A stretch of DNA of 64,000 nucleotides from Felis catus (Eukaryota): NCBI RefSeq assembly GCF_018350175.1, contig NC_058368.1:61692001-61756000 (forward strand), in the 5' to 3' direction. Below the pieces are notes generated by a model. The model was not told the origin of the DNA. It worked only from the letters and a program-made list of their open reading frames with translations, and did not search any database. The translations under genes and the position numbers were made by a program. This document shows positions 1-12,806 of this stretch, piece after piece. Positions within the stretch are counted from its first letter, which is position 1, and each line of letters starts with the position of its first letter.

Positions 1-69
1 TCCTCTTAACTGAACTTTATTTTTCTTTATTACATTTATCACAAGCTCGTGCAGTACTAAATATTACTT

Positions 70-281
70 AAAATTTTTTTTAATGTTTATTTATTTTTGA
101 GACAGAGATAGAGTGTGAGTGGGGGAGGGGCAGAGAGACAGAGGGAGACACAGAATCTGAAGCAGGCTCCAGACTCTGAGCTGTCAGCACAGGGCCAGAT
201 GCGGGGCTCGAGCTCATGGACGGTGAGATCATAACCTGAGCTGAAGTCAGATGCTTAACCAACTGAGCCACCCATGGCCCC
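70..281 (-). mobile_element. CAN-SINE (SINEC_Fc-type), inserted in an L2 3' end
   Basis: Reverse-complement tRNA-derived head, (GA)n body, TTTATT/poly-T tail; TSD taaatat(t/g)actt at 58-69 and 282-293. Confidence 0.95.
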
Positions 282-799
282 TAAATATGACTTTTATTGC
301 ATATCTCCACCTATTAGAATATAGACTACAAGGTATGAATTTTTTACTTATTTCTCTCCACAGCTTCAAACTATATTTATTGAACTACTGACTGAATGAA
401 CAAGTTGAAAAAAATAGGATTAATTACGTAGGATCTTTCACATCTTTTTACTATTAGTAGTATATCACTACCTGAATTTAATCATGTTCTTTGATTTGTT
501 GAGTCTTGTAGTTTGCACTGCGCCCCTTTTGGCATAGTCGTTCTTCTTGTAATTCAGATACATCTTCTTCTTCTTTCTCCTAGTCATTTCACTTCTGCAA
601 CTTTCCTGTCTATGCACCATCTCTTTCCTGTCTCTTCTGTATCAGTTTTACTATTATAAAATCACAATCTAGCATCTTCCTTTTAAAAAAGAAGAAAATT
701 TCCTCTACCCTATGGTGAAGTCAAGATTTTCTACAACTACTTTTACTAATATTCACCACAAAGCTTTGCTGTATTTAGTCTCCAATTGAACTTATTCCC

Positions 800-1730
800 A
801 TAATTTCACCACCAACTGTATTTTATCAGGATTACCATGGCTACCAAAGACCCCCATATTTCCAGCGTAAATTCTAATATTCGGTCGTGTGGGACTTTAC
901 AGTAGAATTTAACACAGTTGACAGATTAGTTGTTCTGAGCAGTGTCTTCTCTTTTAAGACATAATCTTGTCCCTTTCCTTAGTAGGTACTCCTTTTCGAA
1001 CTTTTTTTCTGAGTTTTCTCCACTACCACTAAGTGGTAGAGTGAGTCAGATTTAATCATGAACTCTAATCTTTTCTTTAAGTGATCTCAACCCATCTCTC
1101 CATCTTTAGAAAAATATCTCTATGCTTATATTCCTCACCCAACTGCCAACCTAATATATCCATTTGCCGAGATATATTAAACTTAGTAAATTCAAACCAA
1201 AGCTACCGACACAGCACTCTGCCCCTCCAAATTATTCCTGCCTTTGTTTTCTACATACCACAGCACTAGTCTTGTGCTCAAATGAAAAATACAGAATCAT
1301 TCTTCATTCTTCATTTTACTTCACCACAATGTCAAGTGTATCAGCAGTTTCATAGGCACCATAGCCATATGTATTCAGTAGTTTTTCATTTTGTCTGTGA
1401 TTCTCCTTTTGCAAATTATCATATTTAATTTTCCTAATATTACCATTTAAGTCTAATCTCAAATATTATTAAATTACTGGGTTCTCCAACTGATATCCTT
1501 CAAGTACCTTCTTCCATAACTCTCCATTGTACCAAGTTACATTTTCCTCCATTGGAGTTATCAGTATCTAAATATATCATATGTAATTATTTGTTTATTC
1601 TATATTTTGTTTTTCTCACACTGAAGTATAAGCTTTAGGAAAGAAAGAAGTTGTCCATATTATTCATTTCTGTATCTCAACATCAATTACAGTCTGTTAA
1701 ATAGTAGGTTGTTGAATACATGAATAAAAC
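800..1730 (+). mobile_element. Decayed L2 LINE fragments including the 3' end
   Basis: Pyrimidine-rich L2-like text (gtgatctcaacccatctc..., aaacttagtaaattcaaacc) and an L2-like terminus ending gttgaatacatgaataaa; boundaries approximate. Confidence 0.55.
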
Positions 1731-3089
1731 TCTCAAGATATCTTTTATCTAGAAATATATTTCTCATAATAAACAGAATACATAGTATTAGTTGGATTTG
1801 TTTGTTATATTTTTGTGGCATGGAGGTCTGTTTGGGAATCAAGAATTGATGTCCTAGGTTGTAGGCACAGCTTTGCCATGTGACTTTAAACAAGTTATAC
1901 AACTTTACTCAGACTTTCATGATGTCTACAATCATTCCAATAAACTTAAATGAAAATATTATGTAATATTAGCTTTCTTTTTTCACAGGTATTTTAACAC
2001 ATTTTTTTCAAGCACAAATACAGAGAGAAAGCATGATAGTTCTACTTTAATGAGTGATAATAATCTGATGAAGTGTAAAGAGAAAAAAAAAGCATGGACA
2101 ATAAGAAAAAATAACCTCATTTTACTGGCCTTTGGCATACAATAAAAACAGTGTGACGAATGCATATCCCTGCTGTATATGAGAGCTAATGACAAAACTA
2201 TGATATCTGTCACTTGCTTTCATGACTAAAAGATCAGTCTGTTGTTTTTTTTTTTTTTTCTTTTCCAACTAAATCATTATCTGGTCTTCTTAATAAAAAT
2301 GCTCACTTCACATTATCCTACCTATTCACCTTGAAGAATGGCATAAGTAAGTAAAAAAGAAACTGCTTTTGGTTTGCTGCTGTGATTCTTTTCTCCTTTG
2401 TATTTGGATTTGGAATGAAAGCTTTTTAAGTCCAAGAATCATGAGAGTAGGAGACTGAATAAAGAATAATAATGAAAATTTGTTAATAGCTTGAGACAGT
2501 GATTATACTTTATACTATCCTTTTTATAAAATATAATAATTTAATGCCACACTCTAATATGAATCATTTGCTTTTATAATAAAATATTTGCACCATGGCT
2601 AACTCTTATGACCCCATTAATTTATTAAAAACACTTCAAATTTATTTTTACTTTGTGAAGGTCACTGTATATAAGCAATAAAGAGGGTATTTATTAGGGT
2701 ACACATTTATTCAGATAGAGAATAACAACAAAGTCAGTACAAAATAATACGAGAAGCTGGTAGACATGAATTACACATTTCCTATTTCTTTTGTTGTTTA
2801 TTTGCTGATTTGTTTTCTTGTCACATTTCCTAAACTTCATTCCTCTTTAGTATTATCAGGGATGTTAACAGTTTAGCTTTAATCTATTGCCTATTGTAAG
2901 TTAAGGGACTAAAAAGTACCTTTGTGTCATAATATTATTTTCCTGGCCTCACTAGATAAACACATTTAATTTTATGCATTGTTTTCCATAATGCATTATT
3001 TTTAAATTTTTATATGCACTATATAAAGATGCAAAATAAAATTTAAAGTATCCAATTTAAATGACAATATCAAAATGCTCTCATGAATA

Positions 3090-3240
3090 CATATAATGTG
3101 CTCAATAAGTTTGCATATATTTTCAGAATAATCCTCATTGTAACTTTGACTTACAGATAATGAAACTAATATTCAAATTGGTTAAATCATTTTCCTAAGG
3201 TCACATAGCAGGTAAAAAAAATGAAAACAAGTAAGACTTA
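3090..3240 (-). mobile_element. MIR SINE fragment
   Basis: Antisense MIR core ttacagataatgaaact...ggttaaatcattttcctaaggtcacatagc. Confidence 0.7.
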
Positions 3241-3360
3241 ATCCTCTGTAGAATTACACTGTAGATGTAGCATTGTAAGTAATGAGAAACTTAAACTTAA
3301 TTCTAGCCAAACTCTCCTCAAGGACAGATTTTTTTTCCTTTCTGTAACTCTATATTTTAG

Positions 3361-3516
3361 TCCTTTACCCTGACAATATCCATTTCATGAATGTTATTTG
3401 GATTTTAAAATCTTATTGCAATAACATATTATGATTATATGGATAATTATTTTTTTAAATCCTGTAAAGATCTGATATTGTGGAAGATTTACACAAGTCT
3501 ATTACAGAAATGTCCG
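3361..3516 (+). pseudogene. Candidate decayed exon A of a RhoGAP-domain pseudogene (arginine-finger region)
   Basis: Pyrimidine tract + TAG ending at 3360; CCG|gtaaca donor after 3516. Starts PLP; 3451-3516 reads FFKSCK/SDIVEDLHKSITEMS with one frameshift, resembling the RhoGAP pattern GxFRxSGxxSxIxxL. Contains stops. Inference. Confidence 0.3.
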
Positions 3517-4006
3517 GTAACAGACTACTGACTGTGCAAAAAGATCTTAGAGTCCTTTGGAGATAAATATATGTAAAACACAGGGCTCAACATAAATCCA
3601 TTCATGGAGACCAGGGAATGTCAGTTTTGATGCCAACTTCAGGAAACCTTGAGAAAGAAACTAGTATGAAATGGCTATATTTAGGATTGAAAGCAAGGGA
3701 TAGAGTAAAGCTAATAAGATGGCCTTTAAAAGCAACATGTTTTGTTAAAATTAAGGCGATAATATGTCATAAATTTCCTCGTATCTATTATGTCTGAAAG
3801 CAGAGGAGTTTGATAAGTCTTAGTCTCCAAAAAATCGATAGAATTTTGCACTCCGTGAAATAAAATATAAGAATCTATTGTAAGATTACCAATATACTTA
3901 TTGACCAAGGCTCAAAACTACATTCAAGTAAAATAAACAGAAGAGCTTGAATGACACCATATTGCAACAAGATTATAGACCTGTCTTAATATTAATTAAG
4001 ATATCT

Positions 4007-4229
4007 GGGGCGCCTGGGTGGCGCAGTCGGTTAAGCGTCCGACTTCAGCCAGGTCACGATCTCGCGGTCCGTGAGTTCGAGCCCCGCGTCAGGCTCTGGG
4101 CTGATGGCTCAGAGCCTGGAGCCTGTTTCCGATTCTGTGTCTCCCTCTCTCTCTGCCCCTCCCCCGTTCTTGCTCTGTCTCTCTCTGTCCCAGAAATAAA
4201 TAAACGTTGAAAAAAAATTAAAAAAAAAA
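4007..4229 (+). mobile_element. Young CAN-SINE (SINEC_Fc)
   Basis: ggggcgcctgggtggcgcagtcggttaagcgtccg head, CpGs intact, (CT)n, AATAAA, poly-A; TSD aagatatct at 3998-4006 and 4230-4238. Confidence 0.97.
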
Positions 4230-4519
4230 AAGATATCTGACCATAAAGTGTTATTTTTCTTTTGGAATCAAAGTTGATCTGCTATTAAAGTGTGATTGTC
4301 CTGAAAAAACACATTCAACTATTTTTGGTTGAAGCATAAATGCAGCATGTTTAAAATTGGTTGGTAGAAAAGTAGCCTGAGAACCTACCACACACAGAAA
4401 TCTGATGAAAGTAGAAAAGATACCATGAAGAATGAAAAGGCACCCATGCTGGAGAGATAAGGCAGGGAAAACATTAATTCTAACTTCAGGTACCGGAGAA
4501 TTTGTTGAAAGAGTTAATG

Positions 4520-5003
4520 GTAGTCTGATTAAATTATTGTTCTCATTCTCCCTTCACTTGCAATAGTTTCATACGCTCACACCATTGCTGGGAACCCATG
4601 ATGGCCAGAATGCACCACCGAGATCATTAACTTCTAGGACTGGACCAAGTGAATTAAATTAACCAGTGCATTGGTAGCAGATGTAACATGAGCAGAGGCA
4701 CATTCTTTTGTGCTCCAATTCCCTGTCAGGGGAAGGATATTCCCTGAATAGTCACTGCCCATCAGCCTGTGCTGAGGACAACACACATGAAAGGCAGGAC
4801 TCAGGGTCTAGGTAACCGCTGGTACAGGTGATACGTGCAGAGCAGATCTGAATCCAATGTGAACCCAGTGTCTAGTCAGCCACACCCATCGACAGACTAA
4901 TGTTGATCAACAGATGTGAGACTGGTGGACAGTCGTTTTAAGAAATTGAGTTTTGGAGTGGTATATCACAAAGCATTGGTTGTAGCAAATGTTAACTAGT
5001 ATA
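4520..5003 (+). mobile_element. MaLR solo LTR (old MLT1-type)
   Basis: MLT1-like 3' end gttttaagaaattgagttttggagtggt...gcattggttgtagcaaatgttaactagtata; 5' boundary approximate. Confidence 0.65.
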
Positions 5004-5191
5004 GATAATAATTTAAAAAATGAAATGACATGACATCAGATGAAATTTATAAAATTAAATGAAAAAACTTAATAAAAGACATGATAAAAAGATATTCACA
5101 AGTTTATCAGAAAAAGAGGAACATTATTTGTTTCCTTGATTGAGAATAGAGGAACTCTAATTACAAGATTGCAAAATTTCATCTTTTAGGT

Positions 5192-5426
5192 TTTATTTAT
5201 TTATTTATTTATTTATTTATTTTTTTAGATTTTATTTATTTTTTATTTTTCTTGTTTTGAGAGAAAGAAGGACCTTGTGTGAGCGAGTGGGGGAGAAATA
5301 GAATCTCAATCAGACTCCATACTCAACAGAGCCCAATGTGGGGCTTGATCCCACCATCCTGGGATCATGACTTGAATGGAAGTTGAGAGTTGGATGCTTA
5401 ACCAACTAAGCCACCCAGACACCCCT
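5192..5426 (-). mobile_element. CAN-SINE (older subfamily)
   Basis: (TTTA)n tail, antisense head ggatgcttaaccaactaagccacccagacacccc; TSD atcttttaggt at 5181-5191 and 5428-5438. Confidence 0.92.
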
Positions 5427-5784
5427 TATCTTTTAGGTGTTAAATTTCATTTAATTAAAAAGTTTCATTTACTAAATATCAGATTTTAGAATTTGACATA
5501 ATTAGACCTAATTTTAGAAGATAATGTGACAATTTGAATTTTAAAAGAAATAATTTAATCAATATAAAAAAATGAATACACTCAATTTGGAAAGAAAATA
5601 TACTAATGTCAAGAATCTTTGGATCCCTAGTTATCCAGAAATATAATTTATTATACATAATTTATATTATATACATATAATATATGGGTTGTTTTTACCT
5701 TTTCCCTCTCTTTCTACTGCTACCTCAAACCCCAGCTCCCACTCTGTCTCAGTCTCTGTCTCTGCCTGTCCCTCAACATAGACC

Positions 5785-6305
5785 TTAAAAATGACCCCTC
5801 TAGTGACATTTGACATTTTATAATCACTCCCACATTGAGTATGGATAGAACTGAGATTATGACAAAGTGTTACTCCTTCAATTATGTTACCTAATCTAAT
5901 TGTATGTGCCTGTTAAAAGCAGAAGGTTTTCTCAGGCTGGTGGCAGAATGGAAAGGCTGACAGATTTAAGGCATGAGAAGGATTCCCGGGCCATTACTGG
6001 CTTTGCAGGTGCAGAGGGCCATTTGCAGCAATCTGAGAGCAACTTGTTTTTACAAGCTGAGAACAATGCTTAATGGAAAGCTAGGAAGGAAGCAGTAACC
6101 TCAATCCTGTGGCCACACCAGGCAGGCTGAATTCTTTCAACAGCTTGAAGGAAGCTGAAACAGATTCTTCTCCAGTGTTTCCAAAGAGGAGCCTCACCTA
6201 CATGAAAATTTGATTTTGACCTTTTGAGACCCAAGCAGATAACCCAGTCAAACCTACTTGGAACTTCCCTTACAGAAATGTGAGCTAATAAATTGATATT
6301 ACTGA
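5785..6305 (+). mobile_element. MaLR solo LTR (MLT1E-like)
   Basis: MLT1-type segments ggcatgagaaggattc...ccattactggctttg, cagattcttctccag, gagacccaagcagataacccagtc, cagaaatgtgagctaataaa. Confidence 0.7.
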
Positions 6306-6319
6306 TGTAAAGTGTATAA

Positions 6320-7455
6320 TTTATAGGCACAAAAGTGTGCATGAAATCCAGTAAGTGCAATATATTATCTATATTACTATCACCTATATATTTATTTGTA
6401 TAATCTAGATGTGAGCATAATGTTTCATCTAGATGTCAGTTAGGAAGATTTAAGAAAGAATATTTACAGAGTTAGGCAACCATTTTCTACAGTCGATTTA
6501 TTTATATTTATTTTTAATTTTTTTAATGTTTATTTATTTTTGAGAGAGAGAGAGAGAGAAAGGAGGAGGGGCAGAGAGAGAGGGAGATAGAATCTGAAAC
6601 AGGCTCCAGGCTCCAAGCTGCTCTTAGCACAGAGCCCGATGTGGGGCTTAAACCCATGAACTCTGACATCATGACCTGAGTTGAAGTCAGATGCTTAACC
6701 GAATGAGCCACCCAGGTGCCCCATACTACAATTGATTTAGAACATTTTCATCACCTTCAATAGAAACTTGGCACCCTTGAGCGGTCATCCCCTCTTCCTC
6801 CAACTTTCTCCCACCAGTCCTAGAAAAGCATAAATTTCCCTACTGTCCCTGTAGATTTACCTATTCTGAACATTCACGTAAATTGAATCCTATGATATGT
6901 AGTCCTTTGTGATTGCCTTTTTTCAACTTAGCATAGTATTCTTGAGATTTCTCCATGTTGTAGAATGTATCAGTACTTCATTCCTTCTATGGTTAAACAA
7001 TATTCTATTCCCTGAATATGCCACATTTATTTATGCATTCCTCTCTTGGTGGACATTTGGGTTTTTTTCCCCACTTTTGGCTTGTATGAATAATGCTGCT
7101 ATGAATATTTGTGTACAAGTTCATGTGTGGACACATGCTGTCATTTCTGTACAGTATATATTTAGAAGTGAAATTGCTGGGTCAAACAGTAACTCTGTTT
7201 AACCTTTTAAAGAAATGCCACTGTCTTCCAAAGGGACTGCACCTTTTTACATTTCCATCTCCATTGTTTTAGGGTTCCAATTTTCTCACATCTTTACCAA
7301 CACTTGGCAATTAATCTGCATTTTTATTATGGCTCTCCTAATGAGAATGAAATGGTATCTCCTTTTGGTTTTGATTTGCATTCCACAGATGGCTAAGTAA
7401 ACTGAGCATTTCTTAAGTGTTTTTAGGCTATTTGCATATCTTCATATCCTTTGCC
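6320..7455 (-). mobile_element. Old L1 (L1MB/L1MA-like) 3' portion, interrupted by a SINE
   Basis: Antisense L1 3'UTR/ORF2-end text: acttagcatagtattcttgagatttctccatgttgtag, ggacatttggg, gaataatgctgctatgaa, gaaattgctgggtca. Confidence 0.85.
6501..6722 (-). mobile_element. CAN-SINE
   Basis: Full antisense body; TSD ctaca(g/a)t(c/t)gattta at 6487-6500 and 6726-6739. Confidence 0.95.
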
Positions 7456-7474
7456 ATTTTATTTATTTATTTGT

Positions 7475-7506
<32 letters not shown>

Positions 7507-7643
7507 TGTTTACTTATTTATTCTGAGAGAGAGAAACACAATGGGAGTGGGTCTTTGAACCCATGAAACCATGAGACCATGACTTGAGCTGAAACCAAGA
7601 CTTGGATGCTCAACTGACTGAGCCATCCCATCCAGGCGCCCCC
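7456..7643 (-). mobile_element. CAN-SINE with internal deletion
   Basis: (TTTA)n tail, antisense head ggatgctcaactgactgagcc...ccaggcgcccc; middle of body missing. Confidence 0.88.
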
Positions 7644-7811
7644 CAAAATAATTTTAATATTAGAGTGAAACAAAGGTAAATATTTTCTGCAGCATCTAAC
7701 CAAAAGTACTTTCCCATATCAGTAAAGTAAAATATGCCAGTGCCATATCAATGAGTAAAAATATCTAATACTGTCAAGTGAAAATTAAAACTCTAAAATT
7801 AATTGATAGTA

Positions 7812-8013
7812 GGGGGCGCCTAGGTGGCTCAGTTGGTTAAGCTTCCAACTCTTAGTGTCAGCTCAGATCATGATCTCCTGGTTTCATGGATTTGAGCCCG
7901 CCATCAGGCTCTGCACTGGTAGTGTGGAGCCTGCTTGGGATTCTCTCTCTCTTGTTCTCTCTGCCCCTCGCTCACTCTCTGTCTCTCAAACTAAGTAAAA
8001 TTAAAGAAATAAA
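7812..8013 (+). mobile_element. CAN-SINE
   Basis: gggggcgcctaggtggctcagttggttaagc head; TSD taaaat(t/g)aattga(t/g)agta at 7794-7811 and 8014-8031. Confidence 0.94.
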
Positions 8014-9949
8014 TAAAATGAATTGAGAGTAAATATTTTATTTGTAGAGGTCTCAATTTTTAATTGATGTGATATTAAGAAATTGATATTTTTCTTTAGA
8101 CCAAAAAAAAAAAACCACCTTACAATTCATATGCTTAAATGTTTGTTTTATTCTGATGAAAAATGAATTTGCATTCACTTTAATTATAATTTTCAGAAAC
8201 ATATAAAAAGATCAGAATCATTTAGATTTCACTAACTGTATTTACCTGTATCTTTTATGCATTTATTTCTAATTTTCTATTTCTGGAATTTGTGAGGGTA
8301 TGTAATATACATATAAGGGGGATTTTTGGTGCAGTAATTTATTTTCTTTAAGTATAAGGTTGACTTAGAATTCTAATATTTTAATTCTTATTAGTTTTCT
8401 ACATTTTTTCACTTATTTATTTTCTAATACTTTGTATTATAAGTAATTATTGTAATTACTCCATGTAATAATTTACTCCATGTAAATTATTTAGGGTCTG
8501 CCTCCTTTAAATGGAGAATTAACATTAGTATTTTATCTTGGACATATATAATATTCAAGATTTAGAAGTTACAGGAGACAGTGGGTTTTACCCCAATGAC
8601 AACAACAACATAAAAAGCTGAATAAATTTTGGTTGTATTGGGGATGTTTTCTGTTTGTTTAGTTGGTTGCTTTGTTGTGTGTTTGTTTTTTAAGAATAAT
8701 TAGATGTCTGAGAACCCCACAAATCCTACATAAATTAAATTCTGGAAAATGGCAATCTTTTCACTAGGAAGAAAAGACATATGACTACTTTGAACCCTGT
8801 TGTCACTTGAGTGAAGAGGTGGAAATCTCCCATAAACGATGGGGATAAGGAGAAAACAGCTAAATTTTAACAAATACTTAATGCTGCAATTTGGACTGGT
8901 GTTACATGTAAAAATTCTGAAGTCTTTGAGCCACAAATCAAGTGTGCATCTAGTTGCCTATTGTTCCCCAAGGCCCTTTATCCAGTGTATGGGTTAGTAC
9001 ATCCAGGACAGGGTCAGCACGGGACAGCCAAGATACACCAGATCTCCAGATTGTCCAGATAGCATCCGGCAAGCTGGCTGCAATCAAGGACATTCAACAG
9101 GAGTACAGTGTTCTTTCCCCAACTTACTACCAGCGAGATACCTTGTTGGATTTAAAATGATAAGGAAATAATCTTTCTGTTTAACTTTAACTTAATATGG
9201 ATAAACCAGGCACTACTTTGCTGCCTGTCTCTCAAACAACAGCCAGGGTTTCAGTCAGACACTCAACAGTCTAGATGTTTTTGAAAAGTTCCTATTGTTT
9301 CATATTTCCAAAGGTATTTGGCGGGGGTGGAGGTGGGGGGTGGTTCAAGATCAAGGAAAAATAAATTCTGTGATAAGATAGGAAGATTTGATAGAGTATC
9401 ATGAGTTTCTGAGTATGTTTGCTAAATGAGTGTTTAATTTTTGTTGAATTCTGAAAAGTGTTAAGAGAAAAAAAAAGAATTTAATGTATGTTCTTAGAAA
9501 ACCAAACAATTGTGTCTTGACAATTTGTTTAAAACCTCAGTGGACATTGATGGATACTATCTAATAGCATGTGAGTATTGTAAAACCAAGCTGCTACTAA
9601 TTTGAAAATCATAATTAGTAACCCTTATGGTTTATTAGTAGATAAGACATGAATGAAAATTAAAGGAAAAAAAAGATATATATAGGCCCAATCAAGGAAG
9701 AATTAAATTAGAAACACATGAAAATATAGTTTGCAGATATTTCTTCTCTATATTTGTATTTGTGTGTGTATGTATAGATGTATATTCATATACAGAGAAA
9801 TCAGGTTATAAAGAACATGCTGTGTAAATTATTTTTATCTTCTCTTCTTCCATGTTAACATTTCCCATCATAATCTTACCTCATAGACAATTTTTATTAT
9901 CAGGTTTCCATTTTTGGATGTTAAATGGCATCTAACTTCTAGTTATCAA

Positions 9950-10760
9950 CTTTATACAGTTATATATCACCATATATGTCCAGTTTCTCAGTAATATTAG
10001 CTTATGTGGAAACGTATGTCATAACATTCTCTCTGACTCTTCACTTTTTGCTCTGACATACTTTCAATGTATTAATATTGCTGAGATTATGTATCATTGC
10101 ATACACTAATAATGCTTTAATTATCTATTCTTCCAGTGATACAATCCAACAGTGTCTCTAATCCTTGGCTAACAAATTAACATTGTAATGAGAATCCTCA
10201 TATATGTCCTTAAATTTTCCAACAAGATATAAATGAGAATAAGATTTCTGGGTAATGGGGTATATTTGCCTAGCCTGAAGTAGTCTACAATTCCACCTTC
10301 AGTACGTAAGTGTTCACATTATTGTATTTCCCATCACCATGAGGCATTGTCTAGTATTTGACATTTCACCATTCTGTTGGAGATAAATTGAACCCATTAT
10401 TGCTTTAATTTGCATTTCCTTAGTTACAAGTGAATTTGAGCACCTTTTCATATGCTTGTTCATATATTGTTTCCCATTTTTTTAAATTTATTTATTTTTG
10501 AGAGAGAAAAAGAGAAAGATAGGGAGAGGGAGAGAGAGAATCCTAAGCAGGCTCTGCACTGAAAGTGAAGACATGAGGCTCAATCTCATGACCAAGAGAT
10601 CATGACCATAAGATCATGAACTGAGCTGAAATCAAGAGCTGGATGCTTAACAGTCAGAGTCACCCAGGTGCCCCTATTGTTCCGCATTTTTATCTGTAGG
10701 AGTTCCTACTTTTCTTCTTGTTTTTCAAGATTTCCTTGTACCCTATGGCTTTGCAGTGTG
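9950..10760 (-). mobile_element. Ancient L1 (L1ME-like) fragment, interrupted by a SINE
   Basis: Antisense L1 motif ctttaatttgcatttccttagttacaagtgaatttgagcaccttttcatatgcttg; boundaries approximate. Confidence 0.65.
10481..10674 (-). mobile_element. CAN-SINE with internal 14-bp duplication
   Basis: Antisense body containing catgaccaagagat-catgaccataagat; TSD tattgtt(t/c)c(c/g)catttt at 10465-10480 and 10675-10690. Confidence 0.92.
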
Positions 10761-10921
10761 TGTTTATATATCTATTAAGCTAGTTTCCATTTTTTTCCTC
10801 AGTTGGCCAGAAGATCTTTATTCTTCTATATATATTTTAGAAAGAAAAATAGTAGGGTTTTTCTCTTATTTTAGATAGAATGTGGATGTGAGGATTAATT
10901 TGAGAATAACTTAAGTTTTAA

Positions 10922-11131
10922 TTTTTTTTTCAACGTTTATTTATTTTTGGGACAGAGAGACAGAGCATGAACGGGGGAGGGGCAGAGAGAGAGGGAGACA
11001 CAGAATCGGAAACAGGCTCCAGGCTCTGAGCCATCAGCCCAGAGCCTGACGTGGGGCTCGAACTCCCGGACCACGAGATCGTGACCTGGCTGAAGTCGGA
11101 CGCTTAACCGACTGCGCCACCCAGGCGCCCC
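10922..11131 (-). mobile_element. Young CAN-SINE (SINEC_Fc)
   Basis: CpG-rich body; perfect 20-bp TSD gagaataacttaagttttaa at 10902-10921 and 11132-11151. Confidence 0.98.
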
Positions 11132-11249
11132 GAGAATAACTTAAGTTTTAAATCATGACAATATTATATCCTCCCATAGCATAGAATATCTTTGTATTTA
11201 TTCAAATATTTTATGTATTTCAGTTGAGTGACTATTCCACTAAGATCTG

Positions 11250-11460
11250 TTTATGTCACCTATTTATCTTCACAGAATTTTTCAACTTCCCTAATATAAT
11301 CACACTGTTGCTATGTGATTCTAATTTTACAAAAATGCAATTAAAATATGGATTAGCTTAGTAACTTTCATCAAGTACAGTGCTAGTAAATAATGCACTC
11401 GGAATTTAAACCAACACAGTTTTCCTTCAGAATCTGTATCCTTACCTCCCATGCTGTACT
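11250..11460 (-). mobile_element. MIR fragment
   Basis: Degenerate antisense MIR: attttacaaaaatgcaa...gctagtaaataatgcactcggaatttaaacc...catgctgtact. Confidence 0.5.
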
Positions 11461-11535
11461 AACCTTCATCTCTTATGCAGAATATTAAATATATGTTAAG
11501 ATCTTAGAAAAACCCTATTTTCTGAAGGTCAGATT

Positions 11536-11815
11536 ATTTTTTATTGAAATATAATTAACATTGAGTGTTATATTAGTTCCAGGTGTACAATATAATGATT
11601 TAACAATTCTATACATTACTCAGTGCTCATCAGGATAAGTGAACTCAATCCTGTTTATCTATTTTACCCATCCTTCCACACACCTCCCCTCTAGCAACTG
11701 CCAGTTTGTTCTTTGTACTTAAGAGTCTTTTAGTTAGTTTGTTTGTTTGTTTGTTTTTCTTTGTTGATGTTTGTTTTGTTTCTTAAATTCCACATATGAG
11801 TAACATTACATGGTA
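11536..11815 (-). mobile_element. 5'-truncated carnivore L1 (L1_Carn-like) 3' end
   Basis: ttattgaaatataattaaca...tattagttccaggtgtacaatataatgatttaacaattctatacattactcagtgctcatc...ttccacatatgagt. Confidence 0.85.
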
Positions 11816-12014
11816 GTAGATCAGAAAATAAAATACTGGAGTTGGTTAGAACAGATGAACTTGATCGCTATTCAGACTTTCTCAAGTCAGAGTTGACACT
11901 GGTCTTCTGGAACATTTAGCTTCTTCATTAATATCACTTTATTTTCAGGTTGCTTATAATATGAGGGACTAGTGTTGCATACTGTAAAACACTGGCCAGA
12001 TAATTTATGTTAGC

Positions 12015-12242
12015 TTTTTTTTCTAATTTTTTTAATGTTTATTTTCGAGAGAGAGACAGAGATAGAGACAGAGTGCAAGCAGGGGAGGGGCAGAGAGAGA
12101 GAGGGAGATGCAGAATCTGAAGCAGGCTTCAGGCTCTGAGCTGTCAGCACCGAATCAGACACAGAGCTCAAACTCGCAGACTGTGAGATAATGACCTGAG
12201 CCAACGTCAGACACTTAACCGATCGAGCCACCCAGGCACCCC
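12015..12242 (-). mobile_element. CAN-SINE
   Basis: Full antisense body ending gagccacccaggcacccc; no clear TSD. Confidence 0.94.
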
Positions 12243-12703
12243 TCAATAGTTCTTTGTATCCACACATAGACATATCGCAATCAAAATGCACACAACTGAA
12301 CTGTAGGTATGGATTCTCCTCAAAAGAAATCTACCATAAGCTAGTATATTTAGCTTACCTGAATAGTGATCAGTGAGATGGGTTTTTGGAAGAAACCACT
12401 TGAACTCAAATAAATGACAGTAGCTTGTATTAACAAATGACTAATCTCCTTGCTTGTAAAAACTTAACAATTTTTTCTTGATATAGTGCTTCCATATGTT
12501 TTGTTAGTACTTCAGTATGTTTTGTTTGTTTGACACAGAGTACTATGTGTATATAACCTGTGGTGGTGGTGATTTGATTGTATAAAAACTGTTAAAAATT
12601 GCCTTCAGCACTGAATTAGATGAGGCATGCAGTTGATCACCAGGCGTTGCCTTTGAATAATCAGTGTGTGAACTATGTTTTGTTCTAACCTCTGTTTTCA
12701 CAG

Positions 12704-12806
12704 AAATGTCTCATCTTGCCTCACACACAGCTGATGCTCTGTCAGCACTGGTCCTGAAGCATTTCTTTTGAGAACTGACCTACAGCTCAAAATAATGCCT
12801 AACACA
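12704..12806 (+). pseudogene. Candidate decayed exon B of a RhoGAP-domain pseudogene (LKxFFREL motif)
   Basis: Branch-like ttctaac + tctgttttcacAG acceptor (12702-12703); ACA|gtaaaa donor. Phase-1 reading (E)MSHLASHTADALSALVLKHFF*EL; the TGA at 12769-12771 is one CpG transition from CGA (Arg), matching RhoGAP LKxFFREL. Confidence 0.45.

Noticed and set aside
2290..2430. Donor TAA|gtaagt at 2347 after ...IHLEEWH, and nearby FG-containing peptides, as a possible upstream RhoGAP exon
   Set aside because: The phase would fit exon A, but there is no acceptor AG after the poly-T and the peptide match is too weak.
4007..4090. tRNA-like A/B boxes at SINE heads
   Set aside because: They belong to tRNA-derived CAN-SINEs, not to tRNA genes.
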